Origin: a virus
Reading direction: 5' to 3' (one strand)
DNA length: 64,000 nt
IMG/VR virus record: IMGVR_UViG_3300050343_000261
Shown: positions 55,449 to 64,000 of the stretch, piece after piece
Numbering within the stretch: the first letter of the stretch is position 1
Layout: the number at the start of each line of letters is the position of its first letter
Made by a program: the position numbers and the translations under genes
Notes under the pieces: model-generated
The model's input: the letters and a program-made list of their open reading frames with translations, nothing else
Database searches by the model: none
What the model was told of the DNA's origin: nothing

Positions 55449-56024
55449 TTACCAACGATTTTGGTTGAGTTTTACTATGTTACCGACGACAACAAAGCGG
55501 TCGATCCCTTCAGTCATCTTTTCCACACCGTGCATAGCATAGGATGGATACAGCATAATGTCACCACTTTTTTGGCATTCAGGATAGATTTTTTTATCTC
55601 CAACCTGAAAGTAAAACAGTTTGGTGTCAGGAACATCAACAAAGTGAACCCACGAAATCAATTGACGTGGATCCTCGTAGTGATTGTGAACATCAATGAC
55701 CGCTTCAAGGTCACGTTTATATAGTTGTCCCCAGATACTACTGTAACTATAAATGGTCTTGCCCATAGGCAATCCAATGTCACCAAGGATTTTCTTTAGT
55801 TTAGGGACATAAAGTTGTAGAAGATCTTTGTCAACAAAGTTACCTTCAACAGTTGGTGCTTTATTGTTTGGGTTCTTATGAAACCCAGTGTAATGTTGTC
55901 CCCAGTTTTTTCTATTCTCAATCGAGTCCTCTCCTCCCTTTAGGAAGAAAGAGTCATCGTATCGTTCCTTGAGAGTTTTTATAGTATCTTCCGGAAGTTT
56001 CCACTTCTCAGAATAAAGAATCAT
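55449..56024 (-). CDS. 2OG-Fe(II) oxygenase
   Basis: WGQLY..VHNH..ISWVHF, GDIMLYPSY.MHGV, RFVVVGNI. Confidence 0.78.
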   Translation of the reverse strand: MILYSEKWKLPEDTIKTLKERYDDSFFLKGGEDSIENRKNWGQHYTGFHKNPNNKAPTVEGNFVDKDLLQLYVPKLKKILGDIGLPMGKTIYSYSSIWGQLYKRDLEAVIDVHNHYEDPRQLISWVHFVDVPDTKLFYFQVGDKKIYPECQKSGDIMLYPSYAMHGVEKMTEGIDRFVVVGNIVKLNQNRW

Positions 56025-56190
56025 TATTAGGGATAATCAAAGTTACATCTACACCAGAAACTACCGACCCAATGGCTTTTGCCATTGCCCGGTAGCCTGT
56101 ACCAACATAAATTTGACCTGACACTACTGAGACTGTTGCAATACCCCAGAACCAGTAGTACCAGCGAGATTTTACTTGATACTTTTTCAT
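56008..56190 (-). CDS. Small membrane protein (cyanophage-type WYY.FWGIAT..VV.GQ.YVG)
   Basis: 60 aa, downstream of a perfect promoter. Confidence 0.7.
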   Translation of the reverse strand: MKKYQVKSRWYYWFWGIATVSVVSGQIYVGTGYRAMAKAIGSVVSGVDVTLIIPNNDSLF

Positions 56191-56202
56191 GAAAGACAGA
56201 TC

Positions 56203-56240
56203 AACTTAGATATTATAGGGTATCTAAGTTACCTTGTCAA
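56203..56240 (-). promoter_or_regulatory. Perfect sigma70 promoter with a 10-bp inverted repeat straddling the -10 box
   Basis: TTGACA 56235-56240, TATAAT 56212-56217; AACTTAGATA-N8-TATCTAAGTT at 56203-56230. Confidence 0.8.
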
Positions 56241-56243
56241 TCT

Positions 56244-56543
56244 TTACTCAGGACGCTCTGGAAAAGCACCGGTCCTTGCCTTCTCGCGATTCATAAACTC
56301 AAGATCCGCTTTGACTTCTTTCTTAGCAAGTTCTTGCTTACGATAGAAGTCCATTCCAACGTCATGCTGTTCGCGATCAATGCGTTTCCAAATACGCTCA
56401 CGAAAACGCCATGCTGGCGATTTAGCGGAGCGATCAATCGCCTCACCAGTGCCATCCAAGACCATGTTTCCATTAGAATCCATGGTCAACTCACTCCGAA
56501 CTTCAGAGGAGGAAAGCGAAGAACAGGCTTTAGAAACCGACAT
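56244..56543 (-). CDS. Hypothetical protein
   Basis: 99-aa ORF; TAAATA late motif at 56573-56579 upstream. Confidence 0.6.
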   Translation of the reverse strand: MSVSKACSSLSSSEVRSELTMDSNGNMVLDGTGEAIDRSAKSPAWRFRERIWKRIDREQHDVGMDFYRKQELAKKEVKADLEFMNREKARTGAFPERPE

Positions 56544-56575
56544 GTCTACGTTTTACGACTGTTATACATTGATAT

Positions 56576-56872
56576 TTAGTAAAGGTTCTCCTCTTGCTCA
56601 GTAAGAATAGTAACGTCAGAAGTTGGGTAGGAGACACAGGTCATCAAGAAACCTGCTTCTAGTTGATCATCGTCTAAGAATGACTGATCACTTTGATCTA
56701 CAGTACCCGATTCAATTTTTCCTGCACAAGTGGAGCAGGCACCTGCACGGCAGGAGTAAGGAAGATCAATACCTGCCTCGTCAGCAGCATCAAGGATGTA
56801 TTGATCATGAGCACACTCGATAGTGTGTACTTCTTCAGGAGTCTTGAGAGTAACAGTGAACATAGGATTCAT
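56576..56872 (-). CDS. petF: Plant-type [2Fe-2S] ferredoxin
   Basis: [36 protein letters not shown]. Confidence 0.97.
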   Translation of the reverse strand: MNPMFTVTLKTPEEVHTIECAHDQYILDAADEAGIDLPYSCRAGACSTCAGKIESGTVDQSDQSFLDDDQLEAGFLMTCVSYPTSDVTILTEQEENLY

Positions 56873-57198
56873 TGAACGTGAACGGTGCCAGTCATACCTG
56901 CACTTTGGTGAGGTCCACAGAAGAAGTTATAGTCTCCTGCATCAGCAAATACAACGTCTTGTGATTCTCCAGGAGCAAACAATAGTGATTCTCTAGAAAG
57001 ATCAGGACGTGCCTCTACAATAATATTATGTGGAGGTAGTGATTCATTGATAAAATGAACCGTATCACCTACAGAGATTGTAATCTCATTCGGTTCAAAT
57101 ACTAGGTTTCCATTAGCACCCATCGTTACATCCACTGCCCATGCAGGTAAAGCAAGGAACAGTGAAGCGATTAGCACAAATAAAGGCTTCATTTGCAA
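56869..57198 (-). CDS. petE: Plastocyanin precursor
   Basis: Signal peptide [18 protein letters not shown] copper ligands. Confidence 0.96.
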   Translation of the reverse strand: MQMKPLFVLIASLFLALPAWAVDVTMGANGNLVFEPNEITISVGDTVHFINESLPPHNIIVEARPDLSRESLLFAPGESQDVVFADAGDYNFFCGPHQSAGMTGTVHVQ

Positions 57199-57268
57199 TT
57201 CGCAGACACGTTATGTATCTGAGTATAAACTCTCACATATAATTGTATCACATAAAAAACCTGGGTGT

Positions 57269-57294
57269 CAAATTTTTGCCCGAGTTTTTTTTCC
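57269..57294. repeat. Dispersed T-tract/CCCGAG/T-tract motif, copy 3
   Basis: caaatttttgcccgagttttttttcc, upstream of petE. Confidence 0.6.
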
Positions 57295-57307
57295 TGTTTC
57301 TAGGAAA

Positions 57308-58753
57308 CTAATTATCGATTTTGGTTTCCTGATCTTTTCTGAAGTTAGGACGTTGCTTATCGTAATTACTCCACTTGTTATACAACTCTGACCTCTTGTC
57401 TTCACGTGGATCATGGATGATATAACTTTCATCACCACGCTCTGGGAAGAAGTCTTGCATCTCTCCCTCACGATCCAGGTCGAGGGTGATGCAGTGTAGT
57501 CCACCGTCCCAGAAGTAACGATGCCTAAAGTTCACCACGTGACCTGTAATTCCATGCCTATCAAAGGCATCAAAGACAGTCTTGTTATATCCATTACAGA
57601 TAACATTCTTCTCGTCAACCACAAGCATGTTGACATCAAAGACACTCTCTTCAACATAGATTACCCAGTCATTCAACCAAGTGTCTATGAATTCAGTCAA
57701 AGAATCATTGTCTTCTTCTCCAGGAACCCACCAGCGTCCCTTATTTTTCTTCTTCATCTTCAGGAAACCATCCACCTGTTTCCATCCAGCACCTTGAAGA
57801 CGCACAACCTCCCAATCAGGGAAAGTTTCACCAAAGAATTCAGGTTTACTAATAGAAATCAACAGTCCTGGTTTGACTGGGGTCAAAGCACCATCACCAT
57901 GTCCAGGAACATACAGAGGGTGTCGTCTAAACTCAGGGAACAGACGCTCCCATTTCTCCATGAACTTATCTTGGTTCGCAAGGTTCATGATGTTATTCAA
58001 AGAGAAGTATAGATCTCTGCCACAACTAATTACTGCAGCACTATTGACGTACTGATTATATACAACTTCCCCACCCTGTTCTTTGAACCACTTCTCTGCA
58101 TCCTGATACTCATTATATTCTTTGTTGACCCTGTGAGGGTCACCAATTGTATTAGTAACAGCACTCAAGCACAGTCTCTCCATGTCCTCCAGGTCTAATC
58201 CAGCTAGTAGTCCACCCAAACTATAAGTATTCCCATCCCGACGCTGTGAACCATAATTCAAATAGTAATCACGCAACTCCTCAATAGGATTAGTATTCTC
58301 AACACCTCTAGCAGGTTTCATCATATCAAGGATGAACTCTGCAACCAACTCAGCACCCGGTTGCAACCACTCATGCTTACATTTTGGATTATGAAGACCA
58401 TTGATCATCTCGCGAAGATCAATGTTCTTCAAGTAATCACTGTTAGGCATGTATAATTTATTACCAATCACCGCAAGGTGATCCCGTGGAATCATTGCCG
58501 AAGGATACTTAGCTTCGTATCCACAGTTATGATCCTTCTCCCAGTCGTCAGAAATATTAGTTCTAATTACATTGACACCCAACTCCGTCAGTTTGTCACA
58601 GAGTTTTTGATAATCTTCCTCAGTTTCTTGAGCAATCTTCTCCATCCCAGCACGTGCTTTGGGATCTTTGATATAAGAATAAAACTCTGGAGGATATGAC
58701 CGACCTACCAAGCACGTTTTTAGTTTATCCCACGGTTGATATACTGATGGCAT
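57308..58753 (-). CDS. Amidinotransferase (glycine/inosamine-phosphate amidinotransferase, pentein fold), copy 2
   Basis: WDKLKTCLVG, PRD, GHGDG, ESVFDVNML, RHRYFWDGGLHCITLD (catalytic His and Cys). Confidence 0.9.
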   Translation of the reverse strand: MPSVYQPWDKLKTCLVGRSYPPEFYSYIKDPKARAGMEKIAQETEEDYQKLCDKLTELGVNVIRTNISDDWEKDHNCGYEAKYPSAMIPRDHLAVIGNKLYMPNSDYLKNIDLREMINGLHNPKCKHEWLQPGAELVAEFILDMMKPARGVENTNPIEELRDYYLNYGSQRRDGNTYSLGGLLAGLDLEDMERLCLSAVTNTIGDPHRVNKEYNEYQDAEKWFKEQGGEVVYNQYVNSAAVISCGRDLYFSLNNIMNLANQDKFMEKWERLFPEFRRHPLYVPGHGDGALTPVKPGLLISISKPEFFGETFPDWEVVRLQGAGWKQVDGFLKMKKKNKGRWWVPGEEDNDSLTEFIDTWLNDWVIYVEESVFDVNMLVVDEKNVICNGYNKTVFDAFDRHGITGHVVNFRHRYFWDGGLHCITLDLDREGEMQDFFPERGDESYIIHDPREDKRSELYNKWSNYDKQRPNFRKDQETKIDN

Positions 58754-58771
58754 AACAATATTAGACCTGCA

Positions 58772-60097
58772 TTATTTAGAACGCTCTGGGAAAAAGTCCT
58801 GCCTTTCTCCTTCGCGATCCAGGTCAGTAGTAATACAGTGTAGTCCACCGTCCCAGAAGTAACGGTGCCTAAAGTTGACCACGTGCCCAGTCACACCATG
58901 CTTCTCAAAGAAATCAAAAACATCTTTATTATAGTTGTTGACGATGACATTCTGCTCATCAACAACAAGCATGTTGACATCAAATACAGTCTCCTCAACG
59001 TAAATGACCCAGTCATTCAACCAAGTGTCTATAAATTCAGTCAAAGAATGATTGTCTTCTTCTCCAGCAACCCACCAGCGTCCATTATTTGGTAATGAAT
59101 TTTTCATGTTGGAGAACTCTTCTACTTGAGACCAACCTTGCCCACCGATATTACAAACATCCCAACCAGGGAAAGTTATATCAGTGTGCTTTGGATCGCC
59201 AATACTAATCAAGCACCCAGGTTTGATTGGTGCCAATGCTCCGTCAGAATGTCCAGGGAAATGTAGTGGATGGATTCTATAATCAGGGAACATCTTCTGC
59301 CATTTCTCAAGAGCATAGTCCTCATTGATATAAGTAAGAATATTATTGATGGCAAAGTAAAGATCCTTTCCACACTTGATTGTCGAAGCACCATTCACAT
59401 ACGAATTATAAACAACCTCTCCTCCCTGTTCTTTGAACCAATTCTCTGCATCTTGAAACTCATTGTATTTTTTATTGACTCGACGTGGATTGCCAATTGT
59501 ATTTGTCGCAGCACTCTCACATAATCTAGTGACATCATCAATGTGCAATACCTGCATCAACCATCCAATAGGAAAGTCTTTTCCATCTGTCAAAAACTTA
59601 TGTGCTTCCTCAACAACCTCTTTAGATGCGGCAGCCTGACCTTTAGAACCACGACCAGGTTTGACAAGATCTAAAAGATACTCACTGAGGACTTGTGCTT
59701 CTGGTTGATTTTTTGCGTACTCAGCATTGTCCCGGATAGCATAGATCATATGTTCGACATTTATATCCTCCAAATAATCATGATTCGGCATGTATAACTT
59801 GTTTCCCAGAACCATAGTATGATCACGAGGGATCATGGCAGAAGGATAGTTAGCTGTGTACCCCCAGTTATGATCCCTCTTCCAGTCGTCAGAAACATTA
59901 GTTCTAATTACATCAACGCCTAACTCAATAAGTTTATTGGACAGTCTTACAAAATCCTCTTCAGTTTCTTGTGCAATCCTTTCCATCCCAGCACGTGCCC
60001 TAGGATCCTTGATGTAACTATAAAATTCAGGAGGGTATGATCTTCCAACCAAACATGTTTTCAGTTTATCCCATGGTTGATTTACTGAAGGTGACAT
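58772..60097 (-). CDS. Amidinotransferase, copy 1
   Basis: Same motifs: PRD, GHSDG, ETVFDVNML, RHRYFWDGGLHCITTD. Confidence 0.9.
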   Translation of the reverse strand: MSPSVNQPWDKLKTCLVGRSYPPEFYSYIKDPRARAGMERIAQETEEDFVRLSNKLIELGVDVIRTNVSDDWKRDHNWGYTANYPSAMIPRDHTMVLGNKLYMPNHDYLEDINVEHMIYAIRDNAEYAKNQPEAQVLSEYLLDLVKPGRGSKGQAAASKEVVEEAHKFLTDGKDFPIGWLMQVLHIDDVTRLCESAATNTIGNPRRVNKKYNEFQDAENWFKEQGGEVVYNSYVNGASTIKCGKDLYFAINNILTYINEDYALEKWQKMFPDYRIHPLHFPGHSDGALAPIKPGCLISIGDPKHTDITFPGWDVCNIGGQGWSQVEEFSNMKNSLPNNGRWWVAGEEDNHSLTEFIDTWLNDWVIYVEETVFDVNMLVVDEQNVIVNNYNKDVFDFFEKHGVTGHVVNFRHRYFWDGGLHCITTDLDREGERQDFFPERSK

Positions 60098-60115
60098 AGC
60101 ATAAAAATACCTGCT

Positions 60116-60334
60116 CTATTTAGAGAACAGGTAGATGAGACCAGGGATGATGATGAAAAACTGTGGAAGGAAATTCATGACGATTGCACGTTCCTTCCAC
60201 TTGAATCCCACGTATGTCCAACCACTAGCACCTACAAGTTGGAGGATACTATTCCAGGGAGTCCACCCCATCACATGAAAAACCATAGCGATGAGGATGA
60301 TGGTTGCAGAAAACCATTTGATTTGTTGAACCAT
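60116..60334 (-). CDS. Small three-TM membrane protein
   Basis: IKWFSA..IL..N..LQLVGA.GW..VG..W.ERAI..NF. Confidence 0.75.
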   Translation of the reverse strand: MVQQIKWFSATIILIAMVFHVMGWTPWNSILQLVGASGWTYVGFKWKERAIVMNFLPQFFIIIPGLIYLFSK

Positions 60335-61005
60335 CAGTCAATAAAACCATTCTCCTCTAAGTATTGACGTGTGAGTGGAGTAGGTTCATATTCCTTCCAC
60401 ATTTGACCAGCAGCACAGGCATTCAATGCATTCATGGTCATGTGTTCAGTCTTACCTGCCCACATTGCTTCCTTCTCCCATGGAATTGCTCCTGGTTGAA
60501 ATGCATAGGTCCTACGTGCCATCTCTTGCCACATCTCAGGGACAGCATCTTCGGGCAAGATAATAGCAATCAAACTATTATCAATCGTTCCTGCCATACA
60601 ATCTTGTGCTGCATGCCATCCTTCATGTCTCATCACACTCATCAGAATGTGTGGACGACCCATGAATGTTTTGTTTAGATAGAAGTTATTACTTACAGTA
60701 TGATAGACACCACGGTGTCCTACTGGGAAATACTTTTCGTCAGCAAGATATACCTTCACACCAACATGACTTAGTGAAGACATCATGTGGTTGAACTCTG
60801 TTGCCACTGAAGTAAATGCTTCAGGGTTGTCATAATTTGTGGAGACATCCAACAAACTATGCACTTCCTTCACATCATCGGTGCATTCTTGAAGGAGCAT
60901 ACACCCCATAGAATGATTGCTATAGTAGTCATCCTCTTCAATAGGATCTGCCATTGCAGGGAGAGCACCGCCTAACAGGAGCCCTGCCAGAAGAAATTTG
61001 AACAT
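60334..61005 (-). CDS. Secreted HExxH zincin-like protein conserved in cyanophages
   Basis: Signal peptide; RGVYH..MRHEGWHAAQDCMAG..PWEKEA. Confidence 0.8.
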   Translation of the reverse strand: MFKFLLAGLLLGGALPAMADPIEEDDYYSNHSMGCMLLQECTDDVKEVHSLLDVSTNYDNPEAFTSVATEFNHMMSSLSHVGVKVYLADEKYFPVGHRGVYHTVSNNFYLNKTFMGRPHILMSVMRHEGWHAAQDCMAGTIDNSLIAIILPEDAVPEMWQEMARRTYAFQPGAIPWEKEAMWAGKTEHMTMNALNACAAGQMWKEYEPTPLTRQYLEENGFID

Positions 61006-61031
61006 AAAAAAGGGGGGTCGTTAGACCTCCC
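61006..61031 (-). terminator. Intrinsic terminator
   Basis: GGGAGGTC-TAAC-GACCCCCC plus T6 on the minus strand. Confidence 0.7.
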
Positions 61032-61065
61032 TAATATAGCACAGTCATCTAGATTTTGCCAGAGA

Positions 61066-61272
61066 CTATAGCGGCGACGATATATTATTATTTAGATAAT
61101 CTTTCTCAGTTTGATAGGGATGTGTATCACCTGTGTATAGTTTGTACCCTTCAATTAGATCAGGTACTAACCATTCATGAACTGGAGCACATGCTTTCCA
61201 ATTGATGGGTTGGATGCAGTTCATGACAGCAACATTCCAAAACGCTACCAAATGTATTACCAATGTAGTCAT
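61066..61272 (-). CDS. Hypothetical protein
   Basis: 68 aa, ATGA-coupled to the upstream gene. Confidence 0.7.
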   Translation of the reverse strand: MTTLVIHLVAFWNVAVMNCIQPINWKACAPVHEWLVPDLIEGYKLYTGDTHPYQTEKDYLNNNISSPL

Positions 61273-61484
61273 TCGTCCTTCTTGTAAAGGTCTTCTAGTT
61301 TTTCTCTAGTTAGATCAACATACATTACTTCTTCTCCTGCTTGTGGTGCTTCAGGATGACGTGGTTTAGGGGGTTTATTCATCTCTATAGAAATAGATTG
61401 AATATTAGTCCACATCATAGCAAAAGCAGTGCCCGAAAGCACTGCAAAGCAGACAAAATAAAGGGCAAGTTCAAAGGTATTCAT
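61269..61484 (-). CDS. Membrane-anchored small protein (DUF2973-like, RHPEAP..GE..YV)
   Basis: N-terminal TM helix plus conserved-looking HPE motif. Confidence 0.72.
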   Translation of the reverse strand: MNTFELALYFVCFAVLSGTAFAMMWTNIQSISIEMNKPPKPRHPEAPQAGEEVMYVDLTREKLEDLYKKDE

Positions 61485-61872
61485 GAAGTCTTCGTTTTAT
61501 AAGATGGTCTATTGAGAAGTTACCTGGACCACTGAGGACGATACATGCTGCACCTCCCCAGTAAAGAACTAAAAGTTCTAACAAGTAGATGTTGAATCCA
61601 GATGTAACTAGAGCATGATAAATTGCGAATGATATTGTACCTAAGATTGCTAAGGCACCCAGACGAGTGCCAAGTCCACAGATAACCATCCAACTCCCCA
61701 CAACCTCAGCAAATGCTGCGAAGTATGAGGAGACGATTGGGAATGGAAGATGCAATGGTCGTACAAATGCATCCGCAAAGTTTTCAATGTTCTCTAGTTT
61801 CTCATAACCATGATGGATAAGCATAGTGCCTAACGCTATGCGAAGTAATAAGAATCCTAGAGACTGAATCAC
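61471..61872 (-). CDS. DoxX family membrane protein
   Basis: LLLR..G..HG..KL..AE..G..GL.TRLGA pattern; GTGA overlap with the psbD stop. Confidence 0.85.
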   Translation of the reverse strand: MIQSLGFLLLRIALGTMLIHHGYEKLENIENFADAFVRPLHLPFPIVSSYFAAFAEVVGSWMVICGLGTRLGALAILGTISFAIYHALVTSGFNIYLLELLVLYWGGAACIVLSGPGNFSIDHLIKRRLHEYL

Positions 61873-62924
61873 AATGCGTTACCTCTTGGTAGAACTTCTT
61901 CTGGGAATACAAAGTTCTCGTGGGGTTGGTCAACTGGTGCCAACCATGCACGTAGTCCTTCGTTGAGCAAGATATTTTTCGTATAAAAAGTCTCGAACTC
62001 AGGATCCTCAGCGGCACGAATCTCTTGACTTACGAAATCATAAGCACGAAGATTGAGAGCCAGACCAATAATCCCAATGCTAGATGTCCAGAGACCCATG
62101 ACAGGAACAAAAAGCATAAAGAAATGAAGCCAACGCTTGTTACTAAAGGCAACACCGAAAATCTGAGACCAGAAACGGTTTGCCGTAACCATTGAGTAAG
62201 TTTCCTCTTCCTGCGTAGGTTCAAAAGCTTTGAAGGTGTTTGCCTGTTCACCATCTTCAAACAGTGTGTTCTCCACTGTAGCACCATGAATTGCACAGAG
62301 CAAAGCACCGCCAAGGATACCTGCAACACCCATCATGTGGAAGGGGTTTAGCGTCCAGTTGTGAAATCCTTGGAGGAATAAGAGGAATCTAAAAATTGCC
62401 GCAACGCCAAACGACGGTGCGAAGAACCAACTCGATTGACCCAGAGGATAGATAAGGAAGACAGAAACAAAGACAGCAATAGGACCAGAGAAAGCAATTG
62501 CATTGTAAGGACGAATGCCGACGAGACGTGCGATTTCAAATTGTCGGAGCATGAATCCGATGAGTGCGAATGCACCATGCAGGGCAACGAATGCCCAGAG
62601 ACCACCGAGTTGTACCCAGCGGACAAAGTCACCCTGTGCTTCTGGACCCCATAGAAGGAGAAGACTGTGACCCATTGCATCAGCAGGTGTACTGACTGCA
62701 GCGGTAAGAAAATTGCAACCTTCTAGGTAAGACGACGCGATGCCGTGGGTGTACCAGGAGGTAGCGAAGGTGGTGCCAGTTAGCCAACCACCAATTGCCA
62801 TGTAGGCAGTGGGAAGTAGAAGTAGTCCAGACCAGCCGATGAAGACAAACCTGTCCCGTTTCAACCAGTCATCAAGGATGTCAAACCATCCTCGTTGGTT
62901 TTGCTGAAGCGTTGAAGCGACCAT
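61869..62924 (-). CDS. psbD: Photosystem II D2 protein
   Basis: [23 protein letters not shown]...[10 protein letters not shown]. Confidence 0.99.
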   Translation of the reverse strand: MVASTLQQNQRGWFDILDDWLKRDRFVFIGWSGLLLLPTAYMAIGGWLTGTTFATSWYTHGIASSYLEGCNFLTAAVSTPADAMGHSLLLLWGPEAQGDFVRWVQLGGLWAFVALHGAFALIGFMLRQFEIARLVGIRPYNAIAFSGPIAVFVSVFLIYPLGQSSWFFAPSFGVAAIFRFLLFLQGFHNWTLNPFHMMGVAGILGGALLCAIHGATVENTLFEDGEQANTFKAFEPTQEEETYSMVTANRFWSQIFGVAFSNKRWLHFFMLFVPVMGLWTSSIGIIGLALNLRAYDFVSQEIRAAEDPEFETFYTKNILLNEGLRAWLAPVDQPHENFVFPEEVLPRGNAL

Positions 62925-62926
62925 TG

Positions 62927-63214
62927 TTATTTACTGTAAGTGTCGTAGTTTAGGAGATCATCTTGTTCTTTTGTTACTTGATCATCAAACTGATCAATAA
63001 CTCGAAGACGTTGCTCTGCAATTACAAGTCTATCCAGACAGAGATTGATTTCGTGGAGAGTATTCATATCAACTGCGTTGGGTGATACAGCAGCAGTATG
63101 AGCAGGAAGACGTTGATCCAAATGCTTTTGAATCGTTGATTTTGCATCTTTGATCTTTTCTCTGCACTGTTCTCGTAAGTGTTGCAGAGTATTGCGACGA
63201 GTATTCATGTCCAA
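62927..63214 (-). CDS. Hypothetical helical protein between psbA and psbD
   Basis: 95 aa; TATACT upstream; ends 2 nt before the psbD start. Confidence 0.7.
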   Translation of the reverse strand: MDMNTRRNTLQHLREQCREKIKDAKSTIQKHLDQRLPAHTAAVSPNAVDMNTLHEINLCLDRLVIAEQRLRVIDQFDDQVTKEQDDLLNYDTYSK

Positions 63215-63237
63215 AAAAATAGGGGACCGAAGTCCCC
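63213..63237 (-). terminator. psbA terminator
   Basis: GGGGAC-TTCG-GTCCCC followed by ATTTTTTT. Confidence 0.85.
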
Positions 63238-63259
63238 CGTAGTATAACAGGAAATGTTA

Positions 63260-64000
63260 TCAACCGATAGCAGGTGCGGTGAGTGCAACAGGAGTTGACT
63301 CAGCAGCAGCAAGATCGAGTGGGAAGTTGTGTGCGTTACGCTCATGCATAACTTCCATACCCAAACCTGCACGGTTCAGAACGTCTGCCCAGGTGTTCAA
63401 CACACGACCCTGACCATCAAGGATGGACTGGTTGAAGTTGAAACCGTTGAGGTTGAACGCCATCGTGGACACGCCAAGGGCGGTGAACCAGATGCCAACA
63501 ACAGGCCATGCAGCAAGGAAGAAGTGCAAGGAACGTGAGTTGTTGAATGAAGCGTATTGGAAGATCAAACGACCGAAGTACCCGTGGGCAGCTACGATGT
63601 TGTAGGTCTCTTCTTCTTGACCGAACTTGTAACCATAGTTCTGTGACTCTTGCTCAGTCGTCTCACGAACCAGCGAGGACGTAACAAGCGAACCGTGCAT
63701 AGCACTGAACAGTGAACCACCGAAGACTCCAGCAACACCCAACATGTGGAAGGGGTGCATGAGAATGTTATGTTCGGCTTGGAAAACCAACATGTAGTTG
63801 AAGGTTCCCGAAATGCCCAAAGGCATAGCATCGGAGAACGAACCTTGACCAAATGGGTACACCAGGAATACTGCGGACGCAGCCGCAACAGGAGCAGAGT
63901 ATGCGACACAGATCCAGGGGCGCATGCCCAGACGGTAAGAAAGTTCCCACTCACGTCCCATATAGGCATAGATGCCGATAAGGAAGTGGAAGACTACCAG
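63260..64000 (-). CDS. psbA: Photosystem II D1 protein (5'-truncated by the window edge)
   Basis: Open from the window edge: ..[27 protein letters not shown]...[13 protein letters not shown]. Confidence 0.99.
   Translation of the reverse strand: MVVFHFLIGIYAYMGREWELSYRLGMRPWICVAYSAPVAAASAVFLVYPFGQGSFSDAMPLGISGTFNYMLVFQAEHNILMHPFHMLGVAGVFGGSLFSAMHGSLVTSSLVRETTEQESQNYGYKFGQEEETYNIVAAHGYFGRLIFQYASFNNSRSLHFFLAAWPVVGIWFTALGVSTMAFNLNGFNFNQSILDGQGRVLNTWADVLNRAGLGMEVMHERNAHNFPLDLAAAESTPVALTAPAIG

Noticed and set aside
57308-60097. Saxitoxin or cylindrospermopsin gene cluster
   Set aside because: Amidinotransferase and carbamoyltransferase are present, but no PKS/NRPS, SxtA-like or Rieske genes
63260-64000. 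Group I intron in psbA and alternative-frame ORFs (63592..63969, 63768..63950)
   Set aside because: The visible D1 frame is uninterrupted; overlapping ORFs are by-products of conserved psbA codon usage
1-64000. tRNA genes, integrase/transposase, diversity-generating retroelement
   Set aside because: No cloverleaf or T-loop signature, recombinase or reverse-transcriptase motif was recognised by eye; the fibre repeats are in-frame duplications without an adenine-specific mismatch pattern; tRNAscan-SE would be needed to be sure

Overview
This window is 64 kb of a T4-like marine cyanophage genome (cyanomyovirus, Kyanoviridae-like; host probably Synechococcus or Prochlorococcus), with genes mostly on the minus strand. 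Left to right: (i) a non-coding reiterated-motif region (1-560) and a dense cluster of small early-type ORFs driven by a repeated palindrome plus -10 promoter cassette (570-6500); (ii) a CobS-like MoxR AAA+ / zincin-VWA pair and a VOC gene; (iii) a small nucleotide-sugar island (KdsB-like cytidylyltransferase, SIS-HAD fusion, possible glycosyltransferase) beside the tail-fibre/adhesin genes (10.8-27.1 kb); (iv) a baseplate/tail module (gp5, gp27-like, tape-measure-like, gp51, gp26, gp54, gp4, gp2, gp48, gp53); (v) replication/late-transcription core genes (gp32, gp59, gp33, exonuclease, PhoH, ThyX, glutaredoxin) interleaved with tailoring enzymes (3 radical SAM, a three-piece carbamoyltransferase, 4 2OG-Fe(II) oxygenases overall, an ABM protein, a doubly frameshifted SGNH-like gene, 2 tandem amidinotransferases); (vi) photosynthesis auxiliary genes petF, petE, psbD and 5'-truncated psbA. 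The most striking non-coding feature is a tandem glutamine-II (Downstream-peptide)-like riboswitch pair at 53037-53261. Its second copy has an entire 53-codon ORF inside its P2 loop and precedes a YRG-repeat (DUF4278-like) peptide gene. All family assignments come from motif recognition by eye; no database search was run.
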